This document shows, one piece after another, positions 26,116-38,600 of a DNA stretch of 64,000 nt. Source of the DNA: Haplodiscus bocki (lineage: Eukaryota); contig OZ296648.1 of assembly GCA_965655095.1 (NCBI GenBank), forward strand, positions 110,174,001 through 110,238,000, read 5' to 3'. Both the position numbers and the translations under genes were made by a program. The first letter of the stretch is position 1; each line of letters starts with the position of its first letter. The notes beneath the pieces were generated by a model that saw only the letters and a list, made by a program, of their open reading frames with translations, did no database searches and was not told where the DNA came from.

Positions 26116-26560
26116 ATGACAAGTATCTTCCGTCAAGTTCCCAGTAACTTTTCTTATGATATTTTACTGCGAAGAGGATTTTGAAGGAGACCCAATTCCA
26201 CCACCTTCAAAGATAGCAAAAACATACGCCGAAACGAATGGAATCGAATTACCAAGAACGCTGACTAAGTTCCTGAAAACGTCCGCAGCTTCGACAAACT
26301 TTGAATACACTATAGGACGTCATGCACATGGCTGTGAAGATATATGCTCAGAGATAGCGCAGCCACATATTCATTTGCTGTCCTACATCAAGAGTTTTGT
26401 TGGACCCGAAAAGTATTTTAAAAACACACTAGCAATAACCCTCGGGAATAAAAGTGGACTAAAGGAGTGTAAAGTCATGCTGTGCAACGTCACGTATCCT
26501 GAAATCCGTTTGAAGGTGGAAATGACGAAATCATCAAAACACTCTTCGAATTTATGGTGA
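26116..26560 (+). pseudogene. P2 left-end ORF with HUH-like motif, 3'-truncated by a duplication
   Basis: ATG at 26116, then a frameshift into ORF 26156-26560 containing YTIGRH...QPHIHLL. Confidence 0.55.
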
Positions 26561-26569
26561 GAGGCGGAG

Positions 26570-27605
26570 AAAATGTCATTCTGAAAAAGAGTCCCACCAA
26601 GAGAAGTCGGTCTGACATATTAGCCAAAATCAACTTTAGTTGATGGTATAATAATGACAAGAAGGACTTATCGGAGTTAGCGCGATGGCAACGAGTAACA
26701 ACAACAACAACAACAACAATGCAACAGATTGATTCAGTCCATCCACAGAGATTGCCAATCCGCTGACACATAGTGCGCTTGATTTTTTCGAGAGACCAAG
26801 TGTTTCGGTTAATTACGAAGGCTCTTTTGATCGAGAAGATTTTCCCCATGTGGGCTGCCGCGGACCCGTTGGATTTTTTTGTAACCGCAGGAAACAAGAA
26901 CTGTATCGATTTGATCCACATTTGCCTATCGCTAGAAGTGTGCCTATACCAACCTGAGGCCCAGAAAAAGTCAAACCAGATGTAGAGCTGAAATTCGCAA
27001 ACAACATGTTACATTCTTTGTTTTCAGACGTAGGGAGGTTACTGAATGGGAAATTTCTAGCAGCAACAACAACTATCATCACTTAGCATTTATTGAAACC
27101 GACTTGACCACAGACATTGCCAGTTAATTAACGCGGGCCCCCTGTCAAGGTTAGAGGTATAGAGCGAATGACAAGGCAAACGCAGAAACAAAAAGGAAGG
27201 AGCTGAACGATTTCAGAAAGGGCGAAGAATTCAATCTTGAGTTGTATGGAGCACCACACTCAAACTTTTTGGACTGTGAGCGGCTTTTGCTGCCGGGTGT
27301 TAAACTCTATTTGCGCTTTTACCGATCACCAAACAATTGCGCAGTCTAGAGCGTGGGAACGTGGGAGGCAGCAGACATCAAACGAGTTGACCAGACACCG
27401 TGAGCAGTAGTAATTGAAAGAGCCTCTTTGTTTGTCAAAAAAGTTTTCTTGTTCGAAGCTGTCAAAGTCAGCATTGAAAGAGCCTTGAAAAAAAGCACAG
27501 CAGTTTATCCATATATTGAAAGTCTAAACAAAAGTTTCATCATTCAGGCTGGACAAAATTGTTTTGTCAAGGAAAATATTTTCGAAACCGAACCTGTGCG
27601 GAGAT
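26570..27605 (+). repeat. Ectopic duplicate of the hexon 5' region (copy of 32951-33983)
   Basis: Near-identical sequence including the same stops and frameshifts. Confidence 0.95.
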
Positions 27606-27857
27606 CTCATAGGCCCCGGTGAAACCAAATTGGATCACTTCTTCAAATGCTCTAAAAAATTTCGGCTTCATGCAATTTTCCATGATGCGTTTGGGTTCAT
27701 GAGAAGTACTTACAATGTTGGTCCGGCTTACGTTTACGCACTATCCGAGAAATCATTTTTCGAAAACAGTATGCTTCTCGGACATATCACTGGCCTCACC
27801 AATTGGATTGTACTGAAACTCTACAAGAACTCGATTTACCAAGAGTTTTCGGTTTAA
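27606..27857 (+). pseudogene. P2 GPG/HD protein, putative PLA2-like, 5'-truncated
   Basis: LIGPGETKLDHFF...FRLHAIFHDAFGFM...GPAYVYA...MLLGHITG. Confidence 0.55.
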
Positions 27858-28414
27858 TCATTTCTACTTCAGCTTCCACAGATGTCAATCGTGCTTTTTT
27901 ACGTCGAGACATCATCTCCATTCCCATTTCTAATACTACAATCCTCACTGGTCGAGTTAATCCCAAAACAACTTTGGTCTGTTTAGAGCAAGCAACACTT
28001 CCCACCTCGAAAAATCGATACAAACTAAATCGAATCAATTTGGATCTGACTGAACTTCAACGGCTTCACCAAATTCTCAGTGTTTTATTATATTTGGCGG
28101 GTTATCAGTCTAGCCTTGATCAAAAAGTATGACAACACGCGTCAGCACTGACGATTTTCCTGATTCGATCAACATTGAAAACGTTATTTTTGATCAGTAA
28201 ATGAAAGAAAGATCCCCTTTCGAAGCTAACTTATGCTGTCTCAAAAGGATTACATGCAACAGAGCGTTTTTCATTTTGACATTGCACTGTTCAATCATTT
28301 TTGTCGTGGTTTCATTCAGTATTGGTTTCTTGACTTTCAGTTCTCAAACTATCATTCCGGAGTCCTAGCATTACTGTCGGCTTGCATTGGATACATCATT
28401 CCGGATCCGAAAGC

Positions 28415-29120
28415 ATGAACAAAAAAATTAATACCGATCCACATTGCTTCATATCGGTCATTGGTCCTGGTGGATGCCGAAAAACTAAGCTGGTTTTTCA
28501 ATTAATTCTCAATCAAAAGATCATATTCAGACCTTGTTTCGAGAAACTTCTGTACTTTTATAAGCATTTCCAATCTGATTACGAAACGCTTTTGTTGGGA
28601 TGTACGCAGGAAAAACTACCAATTGAGTTTCATCAAGGACTTCAATGGGCAGCAGTGGACAGGAGCGAGGCCGAGCGAGAAGCTGAGAACACTAGTAGCT
28701 ATTGACGACATGTATCAAGATACTTGTGAAGATGGAATGTTTCTCAACTTGGTTGTTGCCGGAAGACATCGAAATATACATCTGATGACTCTGAGACATA
28801 ACATCTACCAACCCGCCAAAAATTCGAAAACGATTGATCTCAACGTAACGCAGATGATTCATTTCGAAAGTCCTCGAGATGTCGAACAAATTGGAGTGTT
28901 GGGTTGACAACTGGGCGACAGAAAAGTCTTTTTAGAGGCGTATAAAAGAGCTACGCGAAAACCTTTTGGTCATTTATTCATAGATTTGGATCCAGAAACA
29001 GACCAAAAATTGAAACACTTTCCAAACTGTAACGGCTCCCAGCCTAGTGTTTTTTATATCTCTACAACTCAAACAAAAGCGATATTGAATGATTAGTCAA
29101 CGCGACTTTTATACTCTTGA
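28415..29120 (+). pseudogene. P2 A32/FtsK-like packaging ATPase
   Basis: ISVIGPGGCRKT (Walker A), LVAIDD (Walker B), GRHRNIH...HN, SPRD; frameshifts. Confidence 0.9.
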
Positions 29121-29415
29121 GCTTTTCAGTAAAACTAAACCAATTTTGAAACAATCTTTTCTTTTACACTGTCCCACTGAGCTGATTAAGCAACTGTCTG
29201 TTTAATGTTGTACATGGTGGAAATAGAATGACTGCGAACGTATTGGTGAAAAAACTGAAGAGGTATCAGTCCAATATTGAAACCCTTTGTGGAAAGAAAT
29301 GTAGGATTAGGAGAAAGCGTCAACTTCTAGCTACCAAGAATGCTATCAAGCTTCTGAAGCTCATCGAGCCTTCTGTTCTCAATTATTTGAGGAAACGACT
29401 CGACATCAAAGTAGC

Positions 29416-30076
29416 ATGAAAGAATTTGTGTTGATAACGTTGGACGAATCCACGTCTCTCCTTTCCTCCAGAAATTCAATCAACCAGGAAAAAAATTGGG
29501 TTCGGAATCAAAGGACACACTGGTACAAGGCACCAAATCAGAAGACATCAGGAACTCTCAAATTGATACGCAAGACAAGAGTAATCCCGAGACCGACGAC
29601 AAAAAACTTTGCACCCAATTATCTTGAATTCTACACTTACACAGGCGCAAAGTCCGAAAGACGCAACTCGCGATGACACGCTAGCCGACCAAACCAAAAC
29701 AATAGAGAAGACTGACAAAATAGTCATCGATTTATTGTCCTCGGGACTTTCTGGAGGCAACGTTGAGAGGGCAAGGCAAATCCTCCAGAAGGTTGATAAA
29801 TGCAGTGTCGTATCGATCGATGGTAACTCCGGTCGATTGATGCTTCAAGACCGAGATCTCGGTCTGACGATTTTTGACTTTTTGAATGACTTACAAACAA
29901 CCACAAAGAACTTGAACGAAGGAACGCTAGATGTAGTGAGACGGTTGAAACTGCCAAAATTTTTACTCGCAAACACACATGCAAAGCGCGTAGCAACAGA
30001 AGTGGCGGCGTATGACAGCAATGACAAAAAGGAAATTGGAAGTTGTTCTACAGCGAAGTGGCTGCGACTATACTGA
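29416..30076 (+). pseudogene. P2 uncharacterised conserved Polinton ORF
   Basis: MKEFVLI... and LLSSGLSGGNVERARQIL...; homolog FLLQSGITGGKIEGSR in P1 near 7975. Confidence 0.5.
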
Positions 30077-30153
30077 GCGGATGTGATACTTGTTGGAAAT
30101 TCATTTACCACAACGCATTCTTTCTTAAATAGTTGATTGTTTCGGACACAATA

Positions 30154-31341
30154 ATGAGGCACAGAAAAAGTGGTGGGAACTCAAAAGTCAAAGGGAAACT
30201 AAAACACCACTGTGGCAATTGCGCCAAGGTGTTGGGTGAAGGTTCACGTCAGAAACCTCCGATATGGTGCAACATTTGTGGTTGGGTACACTTCACCTGC
30301 AGTGGCCTTAAACGCATCGATGACTACAAAAAATACGCAGACTTTGCTCATAATGTGCGCTGACACAAAAAATTGTCAATCCCACAGCGGAGTACTTAGC
30401 CTACAGCAAAATACATACATTGTATACATCTTGCAACAATCCGGCTGCGTTTGCCGGTAGGAATGCTCTCAAGAAAACGTCGAATAGCAGTTACCGACAA
30501 GTTGACAATTATCTAAATTCCACCGAGACTTACACCAAATTTAAACAAACCAAAAACCGCTTTCCTAGATTGAAGGTTCAGAGTTTACGATTAAATGAAA
30601 TTTGGTCCATTGATTCGGCAGATATGCAAAATTTTTCTCGATACAACCATGGAATCAATTTCATTTTTGTCACGGTAGACACACTGAGCCGTTTTGTTTG
30701 GGCGTTACCATTCAAAAAAAAGACTGCCGCAGATTATAAAGATGCATTGCAGAAAAACATGGAATCACTTCGTTCAAAAAGAGTCAGTTCGAAGACAGTG
30801 ATGATGATGAAACCTATGTTTTGTCGGTCCAAGCCATATACTCTGCCGAAACCGGAGATTTGGGTGGCTAAAGGTCAAGAGTTCGCCGGCGAATTTTCTC
30901 ATTTTTGCGGAGAAATTGACATTTGTCTGTATTCAACACATAGTGAAACCAAATCGGCGTTTGCGGAAAGAAACATCCGATCTGTGAAGGCAATAATTTT
31001 CAAATTTCTGCACGAAAACAACACAGATACGTATATTGAAAATTTGCAGCAATTCGTAAATGTGATTAATTGCAGAGTGAATCGGATCACAAAGTTAGCG
31101 TTATTTGATTTCACCTCAGTGTTGCAATCAAATTCGCCAACCCAAATACAAAATGGGCCAGGAAGTGAGAACAAAACGAAAAAATGAAATATTTCATCGG
31201 GGTTACCGAATTCAGTTTACAGAGGAGGTGTTCACCATTGCCGCAGTTCAAACACGTAACCCGCCCACATACACCATAAAAGACGCCAACAATCAGTTGA
31301 CTCAGGGCAAATTTTACGAAGCCGGATTGACTCCCTTCTAA
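30154..31341 (+). pseudogene. P2 retroviral-type (rve) integrase with N-terminal PHD finger
   Basis: PHD CGNC...WCNICGWVHFTC...CS*C; integrase WSIDSADM, VTVDTLSRF, WVAKGQEF, KSAFAERNIRS, GKFYE; frameshifts. Confidence 0.9.
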
Positions 31342-31381
31342 AATTAGTTTCCAGTTTGTTCCAGAGGAAAACACAAATCAA

Positions 31382-32326
31382 ATGCCATTCAGGGAATTCA
31401 CTATAAAATTGGTATCTAACGCATCTATGACCGCATTTCCCGAAAACACATTGTCCCAGTTCACAACTCTTTTACCTCCACAACTTAACCTCTCTCGTTT
31501 TTGGGAAATGGCACTGGCCAAAATTGCATGTCCCGCGGCAATTCAAAACATAACATACGACCAGTTCAAGTATCGCGTCGCAGCGGAAAAATCACAAAAT
31601 TATGGCTGTTGCGATAGCTCGGAAAATCGAAAAAGAAAACTAAACGAAAGGCCCTACGGAAAGGTTAGAATGTACCAGCCACCAATATGATCTTTTCAGG
31701 AGACGTTTGTCGAAAACATTACAAATAACAAACCTCGTGTCTATCTTAGCGTTGATCAAATTTTGCATTCGATTTGCAAGAAAATTTTCGTAAGAACCGT
31801 AGGCGACAAGTTTCCCATCTCGTGGAAACCCGATGCCCCCTCAGAAACTCTGAAAGTTTACTATGAAGGCAACCAGCAAGAGTGTATGTTCTTGGAAACC
31901 ATATCCCAAGACTTGCAGAACGTTTTGGGCATGAAAACACTCATTGACTGCTCTGAAAACGACAAATCAACAAAAGAAGGCAACAATAGGCGAGTTATAT
32001 CAAAGACCGTAGGAAAGTTTCTAACAGACCTCAGTGGTGGCTGCAACATATTTTTTCTGTATTGCGATTTGGTGCAAAATAAAATGTTGGGAGATAGCCG
32101 TACTGCCTTGCTGAGAGCTATTCCACTGACAGAACGATCAATTACTGGGAACCATCAAAAGCAGAATTATCGGACATTTAACAGCATTCAATGGCGCCGC
32201 ATCGTAAAGTCTAGCATAGAGTCTATTTCAGTATCGCTTCGCAACGAAACTGCTCAATGGGTTCCGTTTGTCAGTCGCGGTTTAACTAACCGTACTTTAC
32301 ACTTCCGACAACGCATAGAGCAATAG
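31382..32326 (+). pseudogene. P2 minor capsid protein (penton)
   Basis: FTIKLVSNASMTAFPENTLSQFTTLLP...WEMAL; FLYCDLVQ..LGDSRTALLRAIP...TLHFR. Confidence 0.88.
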
Positions 32327-32490
32327 GCTAGAAATCACTCTATTCCATCACCATACTTGTTGTCGCCAACCAAAACGTGTCAGTACCAAGACCATCATCA
32401 TCATTATTTTGCAAAGCTAATCAATAAAACAGTCGCAAAAAAGTGTTACTGGTTACTTCTGCTACTAAATCTACTATTACTAATTCTCAA

Positions 32491-32859
32491 ATGGATGCTC
32501 ATTATGAGTTTCGAATTTGACAGGAACATCAGCCATCAACATTCCACGGACCAGTGCGACAGTTTGGCTCTGGTGGAATGGACGCGTTTGCCATGCGAAT
32601 GGGCCGAGTGGCGATGCCTTTGATAAAAAAATATGTTTTGCCCCTGGCCAAAGAGTTTGGCAGAAATTTGGTCTCTTCCTTTGTTCCCGAATTGGCGAAC
32701 ATTGTTTCTGGCAAGAAGAGAATTCTTAAAGCTGTCCGAGAAGTTTTGAAAAATTCAGCCAGCAAAAGCATCGCCAAGGCTACCGAGACGGGCCGCGTCG
32801 CCGAGGCGGGCGCCGGAGTGGTTGCCGCCAGTACCGGCGGAGCGGTGGGCGGGCGCTGA
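32491..32859 (+). pseudogene. P2 conserved small basic/amphipathic protein before hexon
   Basis: FHGPVRQFGSGG...RVAMPLIKKYVLPLAKEFGRNLV; position and motif typical of Polinton virion-associated small proteins. Confidence 0.7.
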
Positions 32860-33065
32860 AACGCTGCGCGCGGCCGGCTAGAAAACGTTCAACAAGTGTC
32901 AAAACTTCACCAGTCCATGTTGTCGTGCCCCACCACCCTTCTGCCACAAAAAAATGTCATTCTGAAAAAGAGTCCCACCAAGAGAAGTCGGTCTGACATA
33001 TTAGCCAAAATCAACTTTAGTTGATGGTATAATAATGATAAGAAGGACTTATCGGAGTTAGCACG

Positions 33066-34434
33066 ATGGCAACGAGTAACAACAACAACAACAACAATGC
33101 AACAGATTTATTCAGTCCATCCACAGAGATTGCCAATCCGCTGACACATAGTGCGCTTGATTTTTTCGAGAGACCAAGTGTTTCGGTTAATTACGAAGGC
33201 TCTTTTGATCGAGAAGATTTTCCCCATGTGGGCTGCCGCGGACCCGTTGGATTTTTTTGTAACCGCAGGAAACAAGAACTGTATCGATTTGATCCACATT
33301 TGCCTATCGCTAGAAGTGTGCCTATACCAACCTGAGGCCCAGAAAAAGTCAAACCAGATGTAGAGCTGAAATTCGCAAACAACATGTTACATTCTTTGTT
33401 TTCAGACGTAGGGAGGTTACTGAATGGGAAATTTCTAGCAGCAACAACAACTATCATCACTTAGCATTTATTGAAACCGACTTGACCACAGACATTGCCA
33501 GTTAATTAACGCGGGCCCCCTGTCAAGGTTAGAGGTATAGAGCGAATGACAAGGCAAACGCAGAAACAAAAAGGAAGGAGCTGAACGATTTCAGAAAGGG
33601 CGAAGAATTCAATCTTGAGTTGTATGGAGCACCACACTCAAACTTTTTGGACTGTGAGCGGCTTTTGCTGCCGGGTGTTAAACTCTATTTGCGCTTTTAC
33701 CGATCACCAAACAATTGCGCAGTCTAGAGCGTGGGAACGTGGGAGGCAGCAGACATCAAACGAGTTGACCAGACACCGTGAGCAGTAGTAATTGAAAGAG
33801 CCTCTTTGTTTGTCAAAAAAGTTTTCTTGTTCGAAGCTGTCAAAGTCAGCATTGAAAGAGCCTTGAAAAAAAGCACAGCAGTTTATCCATATATTGAAAG
33901 TCTAAACAAAAGTTTCATTATTCCGGCTGGAAAAAATTGTTTTGTCAAGGAAAATATTTTCGGCACCGAACCTGTGCGGAGATTAACTCTATGTATGGTC
34001 AGAAACAAGTTTTTTCGCGGATCAACAATTGAATGCAGGCCTCTCCAATACAGAAAGTTTCAATTGAGTAAAATTGAAAATCAGCAGGGCAAAGGCGTTC
34101 CAATTGCCTGAACACCTATTGACACGACCGAAAACTCGTTTGTTTTACTACATAATTTGTGCTCTTGGTTTCACAGAAGGTGGCAAAAGTATACAAATGA
34201 GTGATTTTGAAGAAAATCACTACTTTCTAGTATTCGATTTGGCTTCGTCGAGAGAAGCCGGTAAGGCCCTCACCTTATTTCCAGAGCTTACAGGAACCAG
34301 TATTACATTGAAGTTGAGCTTTACAGAAGCCCTGACTCATCCCGTAGAATTATTTTTAGTTGGTGAACGCTTCAGCCAAATCTTCATTAGACGCCACGCG
34401 CAGCAATTCCAAAAACAGTCTGATCAATGGATAA
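33066..34434 (+). pseudogene. P2 major capsid protein (hexon)
   Basis: THSALDFFERP, FANNMLHSLFS, AFIETDLT, DCERLLLPGV, YFLVFDLAS, GERFSQIF; several stops. Confidence 0.92.
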
Positions 34435-35050
34435 GATATTCCTAGCTGAAGTAGCCCAAACTTGTTGTGCTTCTTCGAGGGCAAAACTTAGCGGAGTATG
34501 GTCAGCCGACAATTTTGGATTGCTTTTCTCCTTGCCGCCACCACATCGACAAAAATTCACGAAGCAGCAAAATAAACAAGAAAAGAGCGAACACCATTAA
34601 TTTCTACATGTTCAAACTTATGATATTGTAAACACGTCGAGTGCTGGAGTACATTGGCTTCTCTTGCTTCTTTTATATGATCAACACTAACAACAACAAC
34701 AACAACAACAGAGCAACTGTCGAGAGCCAGGATGTTGCTTTTCTGTGTTTGGGATCCGTTGGGCCATCCCGTAGAACTCTATCAATTATTTGATCACTTG
34801 ATAAAAATTTAGAAAAAAAACAGAAATTAAAAAAATTCGCGACGTTAAATTACCAATCCAGTCTCCACATTCAAACACTTGTGGTCTCTATTGCCTCTAC
34901 ATCCCGCATCATTTGATTCAAAAAATTGAACAAAGATCTGTACGTTACTGCGACTTCGATTGTTTCATTTTGTCTGTTTTTCAACCACTAAAGAACTTAC
35001 AGTACATAGATTTGGTTTTATTTTGTAATGAACACTGTAATACTAACCTG
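34427..35050 (+). pseudogene. P2 adenain (peptidase C5-like) protease
   Basis: GVWSADNF, IVNTSSAGVHWL (His), WDPLG (Asp), IQSPHSNTCGLYC (Gln/Cys). Confidence 0.85.
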
Positions 35051-35629
35051 TAAATAAAATAGATAATTCAAAAAAATCTATTCTTTCGAACCTTTTCGAG
35101 CCACAGAAACAGTATTGGTTAATATCCAGTGCTGTAATATTAAAGCGTAGAAGAATTAGTGGATTCTTCAAAGTCAAAAAAGGGACAATTGATGTTTGTG
35201 TTTCAACGCTGCTGTTCATCTCCACTACTCTCATAAATATCTGTGAGGTTATCGGAATCGCAAACGTCGATGTGTCCATGTCGGCAATTTCGTCCTCAGA
35301 GCGAGGAATAAAACCGGGATCAATTGAAGCTGAAAAATATCAATACAGTCAACAACATTTAAAACTTTCCCAAAGAATCTGGGATGCAGAAGTAAAAAAA
35401 AAACAACCGTAACTGTCCATTGTAAACATTGAGTGCATTAAAAGGTCGTCCGCATCAGCGTCAAGTATTTGATTCTCGTCGGCGTCCTCATTTTCCGAAA
35501 GCACGCGATTTTCGTGACACAATGTTGGGTTAACTGAAAAAAAATCTTGATATCAGTCAGAAAAACTAAACAAAACGGCTAAGTGATTAAATAGAGGCTA
35601 TATACAGTTTTTTGTCCGCAATTTAGTTA

Positions 35630-38600
35630 CTAAACTAGACGGAACAAGTGAAACAAGCGAAAGTGATTACATTTTTGCTGGAGGCTCGAATGACCATACG
35701 CCAAAGACTTTATGCCACAGTCCAGAAAAAATCGTTTGTCATCAAAGGCACTGAGAGCAACCTTATTCACTTGAGCGACAAGTAGTTGAGTCAGCGATCT
35801 CATCTGGGTCATTTTCTTGTGAATGCTAGTGCCAGAGGATAAAACATGTTGGAACAAATCATGGTTCCCCGAGCGCTGAACACCTTCGGCACTCTGCTTG
35901 ACAACACCACTGAACTTGATACTATAAAGTTTTGATCTGAGGCAAACAACTTCTTCCAGTATAAGGCCATTAAGCTCATCTTTCATTGTCAAAGGACCTA
36001 TTTTTACTTGTCGGGTCACAAAGTTTGTGATTCTTCGGGTATTCAGACAGGTCCAGTAGATAGCAAAGTTTTTCATATCGATATACAAATGATCGGCTTC
36101 TATACGATACAGTAGTGAGTCGGTGTCCTTATACACAACAGTCAATGAATCGCCATATCAGGGTTTCACTTCAGAGTAGTGGAATTTATATAAAATGAGC
36201 TTTGACAAGTCCAAAATTGAAGCTCCAACTGCCGTAGGTTTGTTCCATACAATTGAAGTATTTGTGAAGTGCACGGATACTAGATCTTGATTGATGATGT
36301 TGAATGACTTGAAGTTGGGTTTGAAGGTGACTTCTTGGCCTGCATCTCATTCACGACGAACTTGATGACGCGTCGATTCCTGAGATTCTCCATAGTTTTC
36401 CCGAAACACGCATTGGACATTAACTTGTAGAAGTTTTTCTCGAACGCTGAGGTTGCGCCATTCCTTATTGAAGTGTCTTTAGATATGTATTTTCCTAGCC
36501 AACTGCTTTGTTTGAACTGCAACATTTTATGGAGAGCTTTTACCTGTAAACCTTGCTGAACACAAAATTGTAAATTTCGGAAATGGCAAACATAGTTCAG
36601 TTTGTCGGAAAAAGTTGCCACTAGTTTAGCAGTACTAGAAGGTTTTAAACCAAAGGACAAGGCATAGGATGACAGCCAATCCGGATTAATTTGAAGTTTT
36701 TGGGGCGCGAGGGGTAGATCGTTGTGCAAAGAATGAAGATAGGAAGGATAATGTAAGTCTATTTCAACCATATATCCAATATCACCGAAAGGGTCAGCAG
36801 AAAGAATATCATTCAGGGTGAGGTCAGATCTCCAAACGTAATCGACCAGAGGAAGCGGTTGCTCCATAGTTCCAGCATACAAAGATGTTACATCGAAGAA
36901 AGCCCCAAACAATGACTCTTCATTTGCTTTATAGTTTTGTATATACTTGTTGTTTGCGCTGAAGGTCCGAAGCGCACCTATTCCATTGATGCCACCGCGA
37001 ATAGCATTTTCACAGAACAAGAGCATATCGATGTCCGGAAGTAACTCGATTTGGACTTTCGTTGTGATCAACATCGCCTCCCAACTTAGATTGGGAGCAG
37101 AGAAAAAATGAACAGGATCAAGCTCGTAGACTGACATACAAACATTTCGAAACGTCTCAAAAATATCAGCTAGGAGATAGACATCAAGGGTCAGGTAAAT
37201 GTCGCGGTACTCTCCGAAAGTTGTACAGGAGAAAAGATGGCAAATTTCAATCGCTGTTTGGTAGTCTTTTGCAACGATATCTATTTTACCCGAGAGACTA
37301 TTTTATGGAGATAACACTTTATGGAGACAACTGCAACACTTCATGGAGAGCTTTTACCTGCAGACCTTGCTGAACACAAAATTGTAAATTCCGGAAATGG
37401 CAAACATAGTTCAGTTTGTCGGAAAAAGTTGCCACTAGTTTAGCAGTACTAGAAGGTTTTAACCCAAAGGACAAGGCATAGGATGACAGCCAATCCGGAT
37501 TAATTTGAAGTATTTGGGGCGCGCGGGGTAGATCGTTGTGCAAAGAATGAAGGTAGGAAGGATTATGTAAGTCTTTTTCAACCATATATCCAATATCACC
37601 GAAAGGGTCAGCAGAAAGAATATCATTCAGGGTGAGGTCAGATCTCCAAACGTAATCGCCCAGAGGAAGCGGTCGCTCTATAGTTCCAGCATACAAAGAT
37701 GTTACATCGAAGAAAGCCCCAAACACTGACTCTTCATTTGCTTTATAGTTTTGCATATACTTGTTGTTTGCGCTGAAGGTCCGATGCGCACCTATTCCAT
37801 TGATGCCACCGCGAATAGCATTTTCACAGAACAAGAGCATATCGATGTCCGGAAGTAACTCGATTTGGACTTTCGTTGTGATCAACATCGCCTCCCAACT
37901 TAGATTGGGAGCAGAGAAAAAATGAACAGGATCAAGCTCGTAGACTGACATACAAACATTTCGAAACGTCTCAAAAATATCAGATAGGAGGTAGACATCA
38001 AGAATCAGGTAAATGTCATGGTACTCTCCGAAAGTTGTACAGGAGAAAAGATGGTAAATTTCAATCGATGTTTGGTGGTCTTTTGCAACGATATCTAATT
38101 TACCCGAGAGACTATTTTTCCAATCATTTCCAAGAGGAGGAAATGAGGCCGAAAATTTTGTTAGACTACCAAGATAACACAAGAGGAAGGCTGATTTAAC
38201 ATTAGGTGTTGGAAAGTTTTCGTCCGACAAATAGCTGAATTTTGATCGTAAATGCTTTAGATCATCCAATTCCATCGTTTTAGCTAGGTCATCTAGTCCT
38301 TGGGACATGAACTGGAAACTGTCCAAGAATCGTGCTTCACTGTAGATAGGCTCTTTGATGTCTTGTTTTGTAGTGTACTCCGATGTTTGAATTTTTATAC
38401 TGAAAGATATAAAAGTGTCTCCGGTACGTGCTATTGCTGAAAAGACTTCATTGGGTCGTAAGTGAAGGTATTTCAGGATGTGATGCGCATCATACCTAGC
38501 CACGTTGTGGAAGAAAACAGGCAAGAACGTAACGGTCCCTGCTTTTAAATATCATTTCGAGTGAGCGAGTCCATACACCTCGCCTGTGGCATGATTATGA

